From positions 54,870,001 through 54,934,000 of the forward strand of contig NC_043014.1 of assembly GCF_006345805.1 (NCBI RefSeq): 64,000 nucleotides of DNA, in the 5' to 3' direction. Shown here one piece after another: positions 12,358-25,700 of the stretch. Each line of letters opens with the position of its first letter. The stretch's first letter is position 1. Under the pieces are notes generated by a model that worked only from the letters and a program-made list of their open reading frames with translations, did no database searches and had not been told where the DNA came from. The DNA is from Octopus sinensis. Its lineage: Eukaryota. The position numbers were made by a program, and so were the translations under genes.

Positions 12358-13564
12358 TGTAGACGTATATATATATATATATATATTTGTATTTCTTAGG
12401 AGACTGAGGGAGTGAGTTACCGACATAAATCTGGCACCGAAATTTTGTTATTTGCAATAAATTAACCATTTTAAAATTTCTGGACTCAGTTCTGGGACAA
12501 AAAATGTTTCGCGTATTTAAAAAATAATTTTTTAAAACTTTACGATACAATTTAAATGAATTACTGTCATCATTTAAAAAAAAAAAACGGGAAAGAAAGA
12601 ACAAAAGCAATCAACAATTGACTTTCTGGATGACCATGTGAAGAAATTTTCTTGGATTACTTCAACAATTTGGAGAGGAAACGTTTTATTTTTTGATTGA
12701 ATTCATACAAAATCCGGAATGGATCTGACGATCTACGAAAATTAATTTTCCGAAATTGAAAGGGGCAAGAAAAATACTGAAGTGATATCATGTTTAGTAT
12801 TATGTTTAAACTCTAATTGGAATGATTTGGAATTGTTCCCTATAAACATTATGCAGTCATTTATTGAAAGTGAGTTTCGGGGATTCAGTTCGTCCTTTCA
12901 AAGTGTGGGAGTTTTCAACTTAAATATGTTGTTTTGGACTAATTTAATTTATTAGCAAATTTAAAATATCAATGTAATATTGAATGTGCAGTAAAAAATA
13001 TATTACGATATCTTATTTCCATTTTGATAATTTATCATTATTACTATTATTATTTAGTTCTGTATAACTTGTTTAAACGTATTTCAGATTCACGTGTTCC
13101 AGGGTGGTTTTTGAAATGACTCAACTCTATGTGCTGAACTATTCTTGTGAAATAAATTAATATATGAATATGATTTGAAAACTACTAAAATATTATTTAT
13201 TATCGACTAATATTTTAAGAAACCCTTTAAATATAACTTCAATTTCTGAAGTTTATATTAAAAAATAAAATTATAATAAAATAGAGAATATTTCTATTTT
13301 TAACTATTTCATAGTCAGGGTACATTCAACGCGATCGCTCAAATCGCTGAAAATAAAAATATTAAATTGTATTAGCATTAACGAAGAATTTATATTTTGT
13401 ATCAGATGTTTTGATATTTTAAAAAATTAGCGAACGTGATTGTAGTTTTTTTAATGCGTCGCTGAATATATTTTTGGTGATTATTAATGGAAATGTTATT
13501 TTTGTGGAGGCTATAATTGTTTGCGGTTTCAAGCGGCATTTTAGTAGTTATGTCCCTTGCCTAG

Positions 13565-13600
13565 CTCTTCTTTTCAAGTTGCTCTCGTGGAAGAGCAGGT
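13565..13600 (+). promoter_or_regulatory. Candidate TCT/5'TOP start site and possible 5'UTR splice donor of eIF5A
   Basis: Pyrimidine run CTCTTCTTTTC at 13565-13575, ~190 bp upstream of the ATG, followed by CAG|GTGAAC at 13598/13599. TOP starts are typical of translation-factor genes; the assignment here is inference. Confidence 0.45.
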
Positions 13601-13759
13601 GAACGACTGTGTATATAGTTCCATTCTCATTCACATCTGCTGGACTGCAAACCTCGTCTTCCTCGAGGAATCGCGCTCAACAACAGAAAAAAAAAACAAC
13701 AACAACTTATAATAACAACTCAAGAACTCGAAAATAACATCACCGATTTTTATTTTGTC

Positions 13760-14230
13760 ATGGCTTCTGAAGAGAATTTCGATACAGGAGATGCAGGAGC
13801 ATCGCAGACCTATCCGCAACAATGTTCCAGCTTACGCAAGAATGGCTACGTTCTTCTGAAACAGAGACCGTGTAAAATCGTAGATATGTCCACGTCGAAA
13901 ACCGGCAAACATGGTCACGCTAAGGTTCATCTCGTTGGCCTGGACCTGTTCAACGGCAAAAAGTACGAAGATATTTGTCCCTCCACTCACAATATGGAGG
14001 TGCCCAACGTGAAGCGAAAGGACTACCTTTTGATTGATATCGACGCGAATAACTACTTGACCCTGTTGGAAGATGACGGAGCAATTAAAGACGATTTAAA
14101 CCTACCAACTACTGACATCGGCAAAGAAATAAGCGATAAGCACAAAAGCGATCAGGCCCTTGTTCTTACTGTGTTATCAGCTATGGGTGAAGAACAAGTA
14201 GTAAGTTATAAATTGGATAATAATAAATAA
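13760..14230 (+). CDS. eIF5A: Eukaryotic translation initiation factor 5A (eIF5A), single-exon CDS, 156 aa
   Basis: Intact ORF with GDAGAS N-terminus, the invariant hypusination motif STSKTGKHGHAK and KKYEDICPSTHNM. Length is normal for the family; no introns in the CDS. Confidence 0.98.
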   Translation: MASEENFDTGDAGASQTYPQQCSSLRKNGYVLLKQRPCKIVDMSTSKTGKHGHAKVHLVGLDLFNGKKYEDICPSTHNMEVPNVKRKDYLLIDIDANNYLTLLEDDGAIKDDLNLPTTDIGKEISDKHKSDQALVLTVLSAMGEEQVVSYKLDNNK

Positions 14231-17200
14231 TGGATTAATGAGCCAAGAGGAAAAAAACTGAACCTATGCAAGCTATGGTCACTTTTACACTATAAACTGA
14301 AGCAATTAAACACCAACACACAATAATTAATCTCTCCTCGTCAACAGTTAAAGGACAATCTTTATTTTCTCAATATAATACTGTAAATGATAGCAGCTAA
14401 TAGACTTATTGGCAGGTTCTCTTTCTAATTATCTGTCTCTTATTTTTCTCTCTCTACTCTAAATCTCTTGAATAATGCGCGCACGCTCGCACACACATTC
14501 ACTCACTCAGCCGTAGTTTAATTAAAATCTTAATCTTAAATTGAGCCAAAGATATTTATTTTTAAAGAAGGAAAAAAACACACAAGTTAAAAAAAGAAAA
14601 AAAAAGCAAATGAATCAAGCAGGGAACGGCGCAAAGTAAATGGAGACACTCACAAAAAAAGAAAAAAGGGGATAAAAGCGATGTGAGTTGATGGAAAAAC
14701 CCTCAACAAGTCAAGGATTTCAAAAAAAAAATCTTCATCGCCCTCACCTGTTTTTTTTTTTTTTTTTTTTTTTTTTCCAAAACTCTGAAAGTTGCCTCCT
14801 TCTTCTTCTTCTTCTTCCAAAATTGCCATTCATTTATGAGAGAGAGAAGAAAGACACACAAAAAAAAATGAAAACTGAAGAATATTTCACGATCCGACGA
14901 CGACGATGGGAAGAAAAAAAAATGATTTTTTTGGAAAAAAAGAAAAAAAATGATTTTTTTTTTTTTTCTCTCTCCTTCTTCAAAATACTTCAACATAAAT
15001 TGAAAGAAAAAGTGCAGAAAAATCCACGGATTTCTTGGTATGTTCCGTTTGTTACAACTGGAAATTGTTATGAATCTCTCTTGTACGCTTTAGTCTTTAA
15101 TTATGGGGTATCAGTTCTGTAATAGACCAAATTTTTTTCCCTTTTTTTCCTACCTTTTTTCAAATATTATTTGACTGATCACCTCATTTCTAGACAAAAA
15201 GCTCAGATTTGATAACGAATCAGTCGTAAAAAGGCTAACCAACATTACTACTACTACTACCTACTAGTACTACTTAACTACTACTACTACTAACTATAGA
15301 TTTACACACACAGAAAGAAAGAATGAAAAAAAAAAACAGAAAACACCTCCTTTTAATTAATTATTGATATATTATCACATAACAAAAGAATATATCCATC
15401 TTCATATTTCTTAATTTGTATAAAAAAGAAATATAGGCTGTTCATAATATAAGTAAAGGTGGGAACTTTAACTTAACAAGGCTAAATGGCTTTTTTAAAG
15501 AAAAACTCCAAAAATGTGGTCTCAAAGACTTCCTTGGAGTGTTTTGGTTGACCTGCTTGAACATTTATGCATGCTTTAACACAACATATATATATATGTG
15601 TATATATATAGATATATATGTGTATATATAGATATATATATGTTATATATGATATATATATATGTAACATTCTCTCTTTTGTATTTTTTTTCCTCCTTCC
15701 TTCCTCTTATAAATAATAAAGTGGTTTGTATTTTCTCCTAAGGGCCAAACATTTGAGTTATATTAAAAAAGAATTGAACATAACACGTGATTTTCATTTT
15801 TATCCTTTTTTTTTTCTCAATTATTATTATTATTATTAATTAATTACATTTTTTCTATTCCACTTGGTCTCTCTCTTCTTTCTTCCCTGATGATGATGAT
15901 GGTTATATTTTCCAGCTGCTTTAACAGTAGAGCCTGGCCTTGGTAACATTTTATTCAACACCCTTACCATAGCAGTTGCTTAAAATGCTTCATGTATAAT
16001 AATAATTATATATAGTATTTATTATATTATATATGTACACTCACTCACTCACAGACACACACACCACACAATTTATATATATATACATTACATTCTTTTA
16101 GATTTAGTTGAGATATTTGGTAAGGAAAGTGGAAAACTTTGAGATGGACCCCTGAGTAAACCATTTCAGAAATGACTGGGGGGGAGCGAAGGTTTCTTGC
16201 TCAATCCCCCCCTATTTTATTCATTTTTCTCCTGATTTCATTACAATAATCTATTCTCTCGTCATCGCAGCTAAATTTTATTCATCCCATATCCTTTTTA
16301 CTGGCCATAATAATACCCTTTTTCACCCATTGTGTTCTGCCTCCTCTTATTCCCTTTTCTCAAAGCGATTCCTCTTACATTTTGTGGACCTCGTGGTTCG
16401 CTTTCCAACATTGTACAATACTTAACAAGCAGGGCCGGCCACCTTTCTGTCTATCTCTCTCTCCCCTCAGCCTAAATCTACCTGAAGAAACACCTAGAAA
16501 CTATTAATTAACGACTCATTAAGTCGATCTATCTCTCTTTTTTGTAATTTTTTTCATACTCCCATTCATTTTACCCAGGTTTAATATTTCTAGTCTTTCA
16601 CCTTAAAACCCTCAAACCTCATTTTTTTTCCTTCTGTATTTTAGTCATTAACTCAATGTTTTCTAGTTCTGATGTATTTTCTTAATAATGGAATCTCTCT
16701 TCTATCAAAAGAATCCTTTCCCTGGCCTGTGTGGGGTCTTTTTCTCTTCTCTAATCTAAAATCGTCCGGTCTCGATTTCCGTCGGGCGACCATTTCTCTT
16801 CTTGCATAAGAAACACTAAATACTTTATACATTTTCTACACAGATCAGAGCGGTTTCCTTGCCGTGGATGCTTCATTTTATTAATTAACAAAGCCTAGTA
16901 GAACCCTCGGCCACCAGACTATCATAAATTAAAGCTTATTTTCTTCCCTCGGCAACGCTCTCTCTTCATCTTGTTCGAAATCTTCGTTACATTTTCAGAT
17001 ATGGCGTTGGGCGGGGAAATCGTTAATCTTCATATTTTCTCTCTCTTTTCTCTGACTATTTTAAAGCGATTTTTTGCTGTTGAAAGCCGTTTTCTCATCC
17101 CGCTTTGTCCACTTTAAATGACATCATCGTTTCCCTCTCTCTCCGTTCGTGGGAGCCTCTGCAAAAAGCCGCATGTGAAGAGATTTAATTGAAAAAGCCA

Positions 17201-17649
17201 TTTTCATCACCCAGTATCTGACCTACTTTCTTCTTCTTTATCTTTCCCTCCCTATGACACGTCGTCGGCCTTTCTCTCTCACACATTATATCTTGCTCTG
17301 TCTCTTCTATTTCTCTCCATAAATGAATGGATATTCGGGTTTCTCTTTAAAAATTCGTTGTGGCAGAGAGGAAAGACAGAGAGACATGGGATTTTTATAT
17401 AATTAAAAATCCACCACTAATTATTCCCCCCCGGCCTCTGCACCGAACTCAGTCGCTGCTGACTGAATCGAATTTTAGTCTGGATGGTTCTTCTATACAT
17501 TTTTCTCTTAGCTTTAAATATCTCCACTCATTTAAAATGTGTGAATGAAGTCTCCTTTTTCTTCTTTTTCCTCCTCTTCTTCTCCATTCGCTTTCCTCTT
17601 TTCTTTTCCCTCTTTTTTTTAATTTTTTAATTATTTATTTATTTTTTTA

Positions 17650-17810
17650 TATTTCGTTGTATATCGACCGCTCCGTTTCTCGTCGAGTGGCGAGCGATTC
17701 GTAACGGAAACAGCCGAGTCGCGCGCTCGTGCGTCGCCGGAATCTCTCTTCCCATATCTGGTCAGTGCAACAGTGCTGCATTAATCAATGGTGGCGCGTT
17801 TAGAGAGACG
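17650..17810. promoter_or_regulatory. CpG-rich promoter-like island
   Basis: Dense CpG (gagtcgcgcgctcgtgcgtcgccgg) in otherwise CpG-poor, repeat-free DNA, flanked by CT/GA-rich tracts. Confidence 0.4.
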
Positions 17811-20416
17811 ACAGAGAGAAAAACCAGACGACTGTTATTATTCGCTCGTTTCTCGCTTTCTCTTCGTTCGCCGCCTTAACTTTTGTATGGATTTATTAAT
17901 TTCTACCCGAATGATTCCCTATCCATATTCGTTGTGGCTGTGGCCGAGTCCCAAGCCTCTGTCGGTGTCTCTTTTGCTGCTTCCACTCTTTCTTGGCATC
18001 AATGCCTCCAAAGATGGCCGTATGTTCCGGAACATATGGCAGCATTTATTACTTATTTAGACGAGCAACCAACGAATTTCCAATTATTTTCTTTAAATTA
18101 AGCTTACTTGTCACAGTTTTTTTTATTTAATAGAGACCGGTTTTTAATATATAGTTAGGTACCGGCATCGTTTACAGGTTGAGGAAGGGTGGTGTTATTT
18201 TGTTGGAACTTACCTGCAAATTGGATAAAATTATTCTGGCCCGTGTATGTTAATGTGGCTTAAATATAACAAGCAAACCTTTTTTCTTCAATTCTTAATC
18301 AAATATCTGTCGCGATAATACGGTCTACCGTTCTGTCAGACAGCCAACCTCTCCACGTGGCTTTTCTTCTACCCCCTTACACTTTCAATATGAAGGTTTT
18401 GCTTTTCTTAATGTTTCCTATAATTCCTTAAATTACAGGGTTTTGCTTGTGTTTTAATAACTGAGTCACGCTATTAATTTATCTTACTGAAACCCCCAAA
18501 AGTTTGTTTCGGGTATATTCTTAGTCGGAACATCCGTGGACAGACACTGGTGGTGTTTGGTCCCACGCGTGATGTCCTAGCAACATTTTCAAAAGATTCT
18601 TAAAAAGTTCAGAGGCGTGTATATATATATACATTGTGATAATCACTGATTTGATTTTTTTTGGAAAATTATCCCCGGTGAATATAATTAATTAACATTT
18701 TAATTGCCAAAAGGGTTAATTCGTGGGATGTGTTTGAGTTTCTTTTCATTGTTCACTTTTTTTCTGGTCATCTTAGGCCCCAACAGAATCAGTGAATATT
18801 CTTTGTGACTTGGACATGGTCATACAAGACTACTACCATACCTTAGTGTACAGATTGATCTACGTAGCAGTTTTAATTTTTAACAAATAATGCTTTATTA
18901 CAGAGATGGATTGTCCGAAAGAATTCTCTAAATATTTCCAGTTGCTTCTAATCTCCCCCGACCTCCTTCCCCGTCTCTACAAAGAGACATTCACAGTAAA
19001 TGTTTTGAATTATCGATGGCGTTGTCTCGTCCAAATGCGTTCGAATTTGCTTCGTCTCCTGTCTGAGGTGGCGGTCGTCTGCCTAGCTCGGAGGAAATAT
19101 TGTTTGTTTTTTTCCATCTTTGTTCATGTATATTTGTCTTAGTTTGATAGGATATTCGACCTGTAATGTCCCTTGCATATTAATGACAAGCTGTCCCCTG
19201 TTGACATGGTGACTGGTTAGGTCTTTCCACAGAAAGGGTTCGTGTTATAGACAAATCACGGTTTAAAGGACCATTGAAGTACAGGGCAAAATTTATAAAT
19301 AGGATCTGCCGGTAATATTGAATGTAACTACGCTACAAATTGTTTTAAGTCTAGAGCAAATAGCTTATATGACTCTTAAGGATATGAAATGAATTTGGTA
19401 AGGAAGGGCAGTCTATTTATTGTAATTCTTTGATGCTTTTATTCATCTTGTTGGACATATTTAATGCCCAATGCTGGTTACTCTGTCATCTGCGTCGTTT
19501 TTATTCTTCATCCAATCCATTGCCTCTGTCTTCGCAACAGTAATCATCATAAGGTGTGTTCGGATTCTAAACTTGTCTTGCTTTTCGTCTGCAATTTCAT
19601 ACGATTTGCGGACCTTGTTCTTCGTGGGTGACGTGGAATTATTAATGCGTTCGACATGTATATTACTCATTGTGGGTGGAGGGGATTGTTTAGGTTATAT
19701 CTTCGTGAACACTTGATGTTGCTAGCATTTTTGATTAATAACTCATTCTTTCCCTAAACGGAGAAAGGTCTCTTGGAGTTTAGCTGTCCTTAAAACCCAC
19801 TGGGTTTCTTCGATCGCGTCACATTAAATTCTGCGGTTCTTGGCTGCCAGACAAGGAGTTGTTGCACTTTGGTGGGAGACACTGGAATGGAATTTTTTAA
19901 GAGGTAGGGTTTAAGATGCAACACAAGGGGTTACAGTCCTTCCACTGATTTACTGCATGCAGTATGGTAAAATGGAGTTTACAAAATTTTATGACATTAA
20001 ACTAGGTTTCTTTCCTAATCGGATTCTGTTTACGTCAATACTTAAAAACTCTGGAGATGAGTGGACGCCAAGGTCACTCGTTTTGTGTGCCTTTAATTCA
20101 TCCCGGTTAGCAAAATGGTTTTCTGTTTGTTTTTAAATGATGGCACATTGAACTTTTCACAGCAAACATTCATAACTTCGAATTGACTTTTTACAGTTTG
20201 AAAAAAACCCCAAGGCCTGCTTATGACAATGCAGGAATTTCACTCCCAAAACAATTTTCAGAGTGCAAGATTGGCAAAGTGCATGGCAACCTAATGCAAT
20301 TACCCTTAACCCTTTGATGTTCATCAATAGATTACTAAGGATTATTTTCCCCCTTACCATGTTATTGGATTCCATTACTAGCAGAACTAACATTTATAGG
20401 TTCATCTCCCCCTTAG

Positions 20417-20637
20417 CCCTTTAGTGTTTAAACCGGCCATTTCTGGCCCAAATATTCTACATGTTTTATATTTGAACTAGCCATATCTAGCCTCTCACAC
20501 CTAACCTACAATGTCATTCTAAAAATAAACAATCACATCATTGAAACCTCAAAGCTATGAGATAATGCATGATTAATTCAAATCAATTTGAGTGAAAATA
20601 GCATTACATTTAACAGAGTAATCTGAACATTAAAGGG
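20417..20637. mobile_element. piggyBac-like MITE (family A)
   Basis: CCCTTTAG...TAAAGGG|TTAA. Homologous copies at 24774-24925, ~27810-27970, 28836-29046, 29340-29560 and ~34795-35248. Confidence 0.75.
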
Positions 20638-21004
20638 TTAAAGTGCTTCTCAAAAGAATTTGTATCGTTTGAATGATTGGGGCAAGGCCTCCAGGTGAAG
20701 CTTTCTCTTTGTCATATCTTCTACAAACGATGTTTCTTCATCCAGGGGACCATTGGCAAACCTCAATAATCATTTTGTGTCTTTTAAGGTGGCCTTTTTC
20801 TAGGACGCAGATAGTTCTAACAGACAGCCCCTTCGCCTCAGTCCCCTTTCACACACACACACACACACACACACTCTCTCTTGCAACTTCGTGGCCTTTC
20901 CACATGTGTTTTTATTATTCGAGTGAATGCATGCCCCTTGGTATGCTGTCTCAAGGAATGCCACCTCTTGTATAACACATTTGCACGCTCAGTCGATGGC
21001 TGTG

Positions 21005-21060
21005 TTGCACTGTGCGCATGCGCGACCGTGATATGGAGCGCGAAAAGAGATGACGTTATG
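21005..21060. promoter_or_regulatory. Candidate Pol II promoter (NRF1-type palindrome plus CRE half-site)
   Basis: TGCGCATGCGC at 21013-21023 and TGACGT at 21051 in a local CpG-rich patch. Confidence 0.45.
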
Positions 21061-22574
21061 TGGCTACGGTGAAATCATTCAGCTTAGTTGTACACAAATA
21101 GGGCCGGACCAGTGCGAGTTTTTATTTATGTAAGGCCTAGTAAAGATTATAGGGAAATCGGTATAAATTTTTAAGGAACCTAATACAAGTATTGAGGGGG
21201 GAAATACTATTTGAAAACATTTTTTTTCTTCTCCATTGTATGTGTTAAGCTGTTATGTTAATCTTTTCGTGGATTTAATTTGTCCACGATGGTTTAAAGT
21301 CTCTCTCTCTGCTCTTGTCCCGATGTCTCGCAATTGATTGTGTCTCGGGGGTTAATTTAGATATTAACGACTGGGATTTTTTTTTTTTTTTCTTTACTCT
21401 AAAGTTGCAAATTTGCCCAATTTTGGTCTTGATGTATCAAATGGCAACTTGTGAGATAAAACCAAGTGCGTGGCAGTTTTTGATCAAACTTTTGATTTAA
21501 TCTCGGGGTGAGAAAGAATTCTGACCAAAGTTCACTCGAGTTTGATGTTAGTTTGAAGATATAATTCTGATTGAACATTAAGCTTTTTTTTTTTTTCATT
21601 CTTTCTTTCTCTCTCCCTTAAAATATCCTTTTAATGTGCGTTGTGTTTCGTGTGAACCTCCCTGCTAGTATTATCGTCAAATATGTTGAGATTTACAACA
21701 CCTCCTGTCAGCGTGGTGGCGGTGGTAAATATATAGTTTAACAGCCTTTATATTAGGTTACTCATGCTGCTAAGATTTTATGTCTGGAACCTGCTTCGTT
21801 GCCGGTAATTTGTGCACACTTTTACAGATTTCTCACTCAATGGTGGTGGGGGTGACTTAACCAAGCAACTGATATTTTAATTGTTACCCTTTGGCTGAAT
21901 AAAAAGTCTTGTTGCTAGCAGTCTTCTTCTGTTGTGAGGAGGCCTTTTGAACAGCGAGGTTCTGTATTTGATCACACCTCGGTTTATCTAATTGACTGGG
22001 TAATCTTTTTTCTCTCTTCCTATGGATGAATTTAGGCGGGATTGTGACGATCCTCTTTAGTTAATAAGCCAAATTTGGTGTTTCTTTTATTTTCCTCATC
22101 CCTTAATATTTTCACAGTACAATATCTTATGTCGCGTAAATTGATTTTTTTTTTTTTTTTTTTTTTTTTTCTTTTTGCAAAATGTTGACCCTTCATGGTC
22201 AACAACACTTTGTCAAATTTATATGGACTATAAAAGTTCTGGACATGAAAACATTTAAAATAGGTTTTAAAGTTTTCAAAGCCAGAGAATCTGTTATAGT
22301 TCTTAGATAGTCCTGCCAGTTGAGGCTGTTTTTGTTGTTTTTTTTTAAATATATATATTCTGTCTATTGGTATATTTTGAAGAGTACAGGCTGCTTTGGT
22401 GACCTCGGTTGGCAGCGGGTGGCCTTTTTTCTGTTCTGTTTTTTTTTTCCTTCCTCTTGGAAAAGTACACTTGTTCCTTGTAGTAGTCGACTCTGTTATA
22501 TGATGAATACTCCCAAAATATATATCGGCAAAGTTGTAAATTAGTCTCAAGAATGTTGTCTACTTTGTATTCAG

Positions 22575-22760
22575 GCCAATGCTGCAAATTCTAGTTCTTT
22601 AAAACGTGAGGAGAAAGATAAACCTGCAATAATGTTAAACCGTATAAAACAAACTGAATCCAATATTTCTCTCTTCCCTAATGATCCACCACACCCTTTG
22701 ACTGTCCCCGTGTCGAAGGAGCAGTCTCTCACCATTACAAAGGTTATGGGTTTGCTGGAG
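22575..22760 (+). CDS. Candidate coding exon of an unidentified gene (ANAANSSSLKREEKDKPAIMLNRIKQTESNISLFPNDPPHP...)
   Basis: Acceptor tactttgtattcag|; the frame stays open to 22940. Possible donors at 22743 (gttatg) and 22761 (gtattt). No recognisable homology. Confidence 0.25.
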
Positions 22761-25700
22761 GTATTTCTTGTTAAACGCTTCAGTCTGATCAAAACGTTTT
22801 TGTATCCTCTTGGTCCGGCGATGGATTCTTCTCAAAGGCCATGCTCTTGTCTACCAACAACATCTAAAACCTGTTCGAAAAGTAAATGCAATAAGCCTGA
22901 CAAAACAGTAATCTTACACCTGTATGTTTTACTGAAATAAAAACAGACAAAAAAAAACCAAAAATAAAGTGCAGAAATCAAAAGTTTTTTCGTTTTGTAT
23001 CTTGATGACTTTTGAAACTTTCTCATTAATCGATGCAAAAGTTTTTTTGATTTTCTTCCGGGATTCCTAAAAGTAGTTTTGTCTCTGAGAAGAGCAATTA
23101 TTGGTAGGTAATTATAACAGTTTATTACTGCTGGTGGTTTGTGTGCTTTTAATTATCAAATGCAATCTTCGTCTTCATTTACTTCTGATGTTAGGCACCT
23201 ATTTTTTTCTTTAGTTTCAGTAACTCTAAAGTGAACACGTTAAGTTAAACAGAGAAATGGTTCCTGCCTCTTTTGGTCATGGAATAATTGATTCTCAGAG
23301 AATTCTTATTCTTAAAGAATTCACTTGTATAATTGTAATGATACAATGGGTTTTGCAAATTTGCATTGATATTCTTGGACCATTCAAGACCATCGATTAT
23401 ACTGGACATGGAATATAAAAGTGCAGGGTTAAGGGCCTTGCTTCCACCCTGTGTGGACCCATGAACAAGTCTTCTATACGTTTGTACATCTGCTCTTGTT
23501 TTGACATCACACGAGGTTTGTCGACTTATCTCTCTTAAAGCGGGCAAGTGTCATTCATTTCCAGTGTATTCTATGAAAACATTTGACCATGGTGAATCTG
23601 CCTCAATGGATTCCATTTGATCCATGCAAAGCTCGAGAAAATGGACATTAAAGTAATGATATTAAGTGAAACATATGCAGCATTGCCATATTGTTGACCC
23701 TCGACTTATATTGTGTTCAGTTTTTTTTTTTTTTTTTTGTAGGCTCCCATAGGTCAAAGGAATCCTAGCTAGCTTCTTAAGACTCTAACATAGGCGCCTG
23801 TCTAAGATGTGACGTAAATCGATTTGCTGTGGTTTCATCTTGATGACAGGTTTTCACTTTACCGGGGACTTCTCCACTTACTGAGTGACCAACACCCTGT
23901 AAAAGGCATCAAGATTCCAGCATAATATGTCGTATCCACCAGTGGTGTTAAGAGGAGGGTTTGTTGGTTAGGATTCCTAAATCATGTAATTTAGCTTTGA
24001 CGAAAGTTTTACAGAGGTGTTCAATCAGGAGTTTCTTTTGTGATGAATGTAAGAGGAATGGAAAGAGAGAAAAACGGTTGTGAACAATCAGTGATTGTCC
24101 AAATAGTGAATTGCCTGGTATGTTGCTTTTGATTTGATGTCTATAATGTTTTGAATTTGTGAAAGCACCTACATTCCAATCTCAAAGGTCTGCTACTCTT
24201 GGAGAATCACAATGGCTGCAGCACCACATTGGTTTCATATATTTTGGCCATGGATGTCCTCAACTACACTGGCCAACTGGGATTCAGTTCTATTTGTCTT
24301 AAACTTGCACATCACTCGAAAATGAAAACTGAATCTGATTTATAAAAAGGTTTTTCAGGTTTTGGATATGAAAGTGGTTCTTGACCATCCTGGCTTTTGT
24401 ACAATATAATTCAAGTTTTCAAGTCATCCCGTTTGAGGTTGAACAGAAGAAATTGACAAGACTTTAATTGCTTCAATAAGATCAGTGGACCTTCATCAAC
24501 AGATAGCCCTGTCTACGCTACTCTTAAATTACCTTTCACATTTATAAGCTTCCTGTAGCAAAGATAAGTGAGAGCAGATAATGGTGATGGAGCAAAGTCT
24601 TAGCACAAAACACTCCACTGATAGGAAGAAGAACCTCAGATCAATCATGATAGAGAGTAGATCATCATCATTTAACCCATTTAGCATGGGTTGGACGATT
24701 TGACTGAGGTCTGGCAAACCAGTTGACTCAGTTTGACATTTAATTTATGCTAAATTTCCTGAAGATCAATTTACCCTTTAGTGTTCACATTATTCTGCCA
24801 AAATTAATAATGAGGTAGCTCTTAATTTTTAAAACGACATTGTAGGGTTGGTGTGAGAGACCAGATATGGCTAGTTTGAACATAAAACAGGCAGAACACA
24901 TTTGGCCGGTTTAAATGCTAAAGGGTTAATCTGCAGTCAAATGTTGCAGCTTGGCCCAGTTTTCTCTGTGCCATTGTGGTGGGCATATATTTCGTAGTTG
25001 TAATATTTCTGGTAATATGCTTAATTCAGAGTCTTACCATCAAATGCTTAACTAAGCAGATCTGTGGATGCAAAAGGAAAGGGTTGCTTACCTCTGAAAG
25101 CCTTGTCCACCTTGAATAGCTGCGTTTCAACAGATGCAGTCGTATGCTATTGTAGATTCACCCTTGGGAGGCATCCCCAGACTTTGTTATACTTTTAACT
25201 TTTAATACATCTAGCACTAAGCAAATCGTGTCACTTAGATACTACTCTGCTGCTACTACTACTACTATTGTTCAAGCAGCAAGCTGGCATACTGGTTAGC
25301 GTGCTGGACGAAATGCTTAGCAGTATTTCACCTGTTGCTACTTCCTGTTCAAATTCTGTCGAGGTCAACTTTGCTTTTGATCCTTTCAGGGTTGATGTAA
25401 TTTCAGGCCTTGTGCCTTTAGAAGAAACAGCATTTCATTTGTCTTTATGTTCTGCAGTCCAGATTGCACCAAGGTCAACATTGCCTATCATCTCTTCACT
25501 CAATGAACTAAGAAGTACGGGAGGGGGTCATCAAATGTATTTCACTTCCCCTAAATTCCTGGCCTTGTGCCAAAATTATCAGCTGGTTGGGTGATATTCA
25601 AATTTTTTGGTTTTTATGTCAACTCTGCCAGTTCTTACTGCATTAACTATTGATTCCAGACCATTTGTGTTGCTTGTCAACAGATTCTACAATATGCAGG

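Noticed and set aside
15905-15985. Possible miRNA-like hairpin (tggtaa...ttacca)
   Set aside because: Pairing is too short and interrupted for a pre-miRNA.
17788-18101. Two overlapping + strand ORFs after the CpG island
   Set aside because: No homology recognised; they may be uORFs or chance frames in GC-richer DNA.
23245-23547. 100-aa minus-strand ORF
   Set aside because: Non-ATG start, no convincing splice sites, no recognisable motif.
23882-23896. Possible 15-nt minus-strand microexon (ttttacag|GGTGTTGGTCACTCA|gtaagt)
   Set aside because: The splice signals are plausible, but I could build no host gene on that strand; such matches arise by chance.
24090-24112. tgattgtccaaa, matching the 5' end of miR-219
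   Set aside because: Only 12 nt match, the rest diverges, and I see no complementary arm for a pre-miRNA hairpin.
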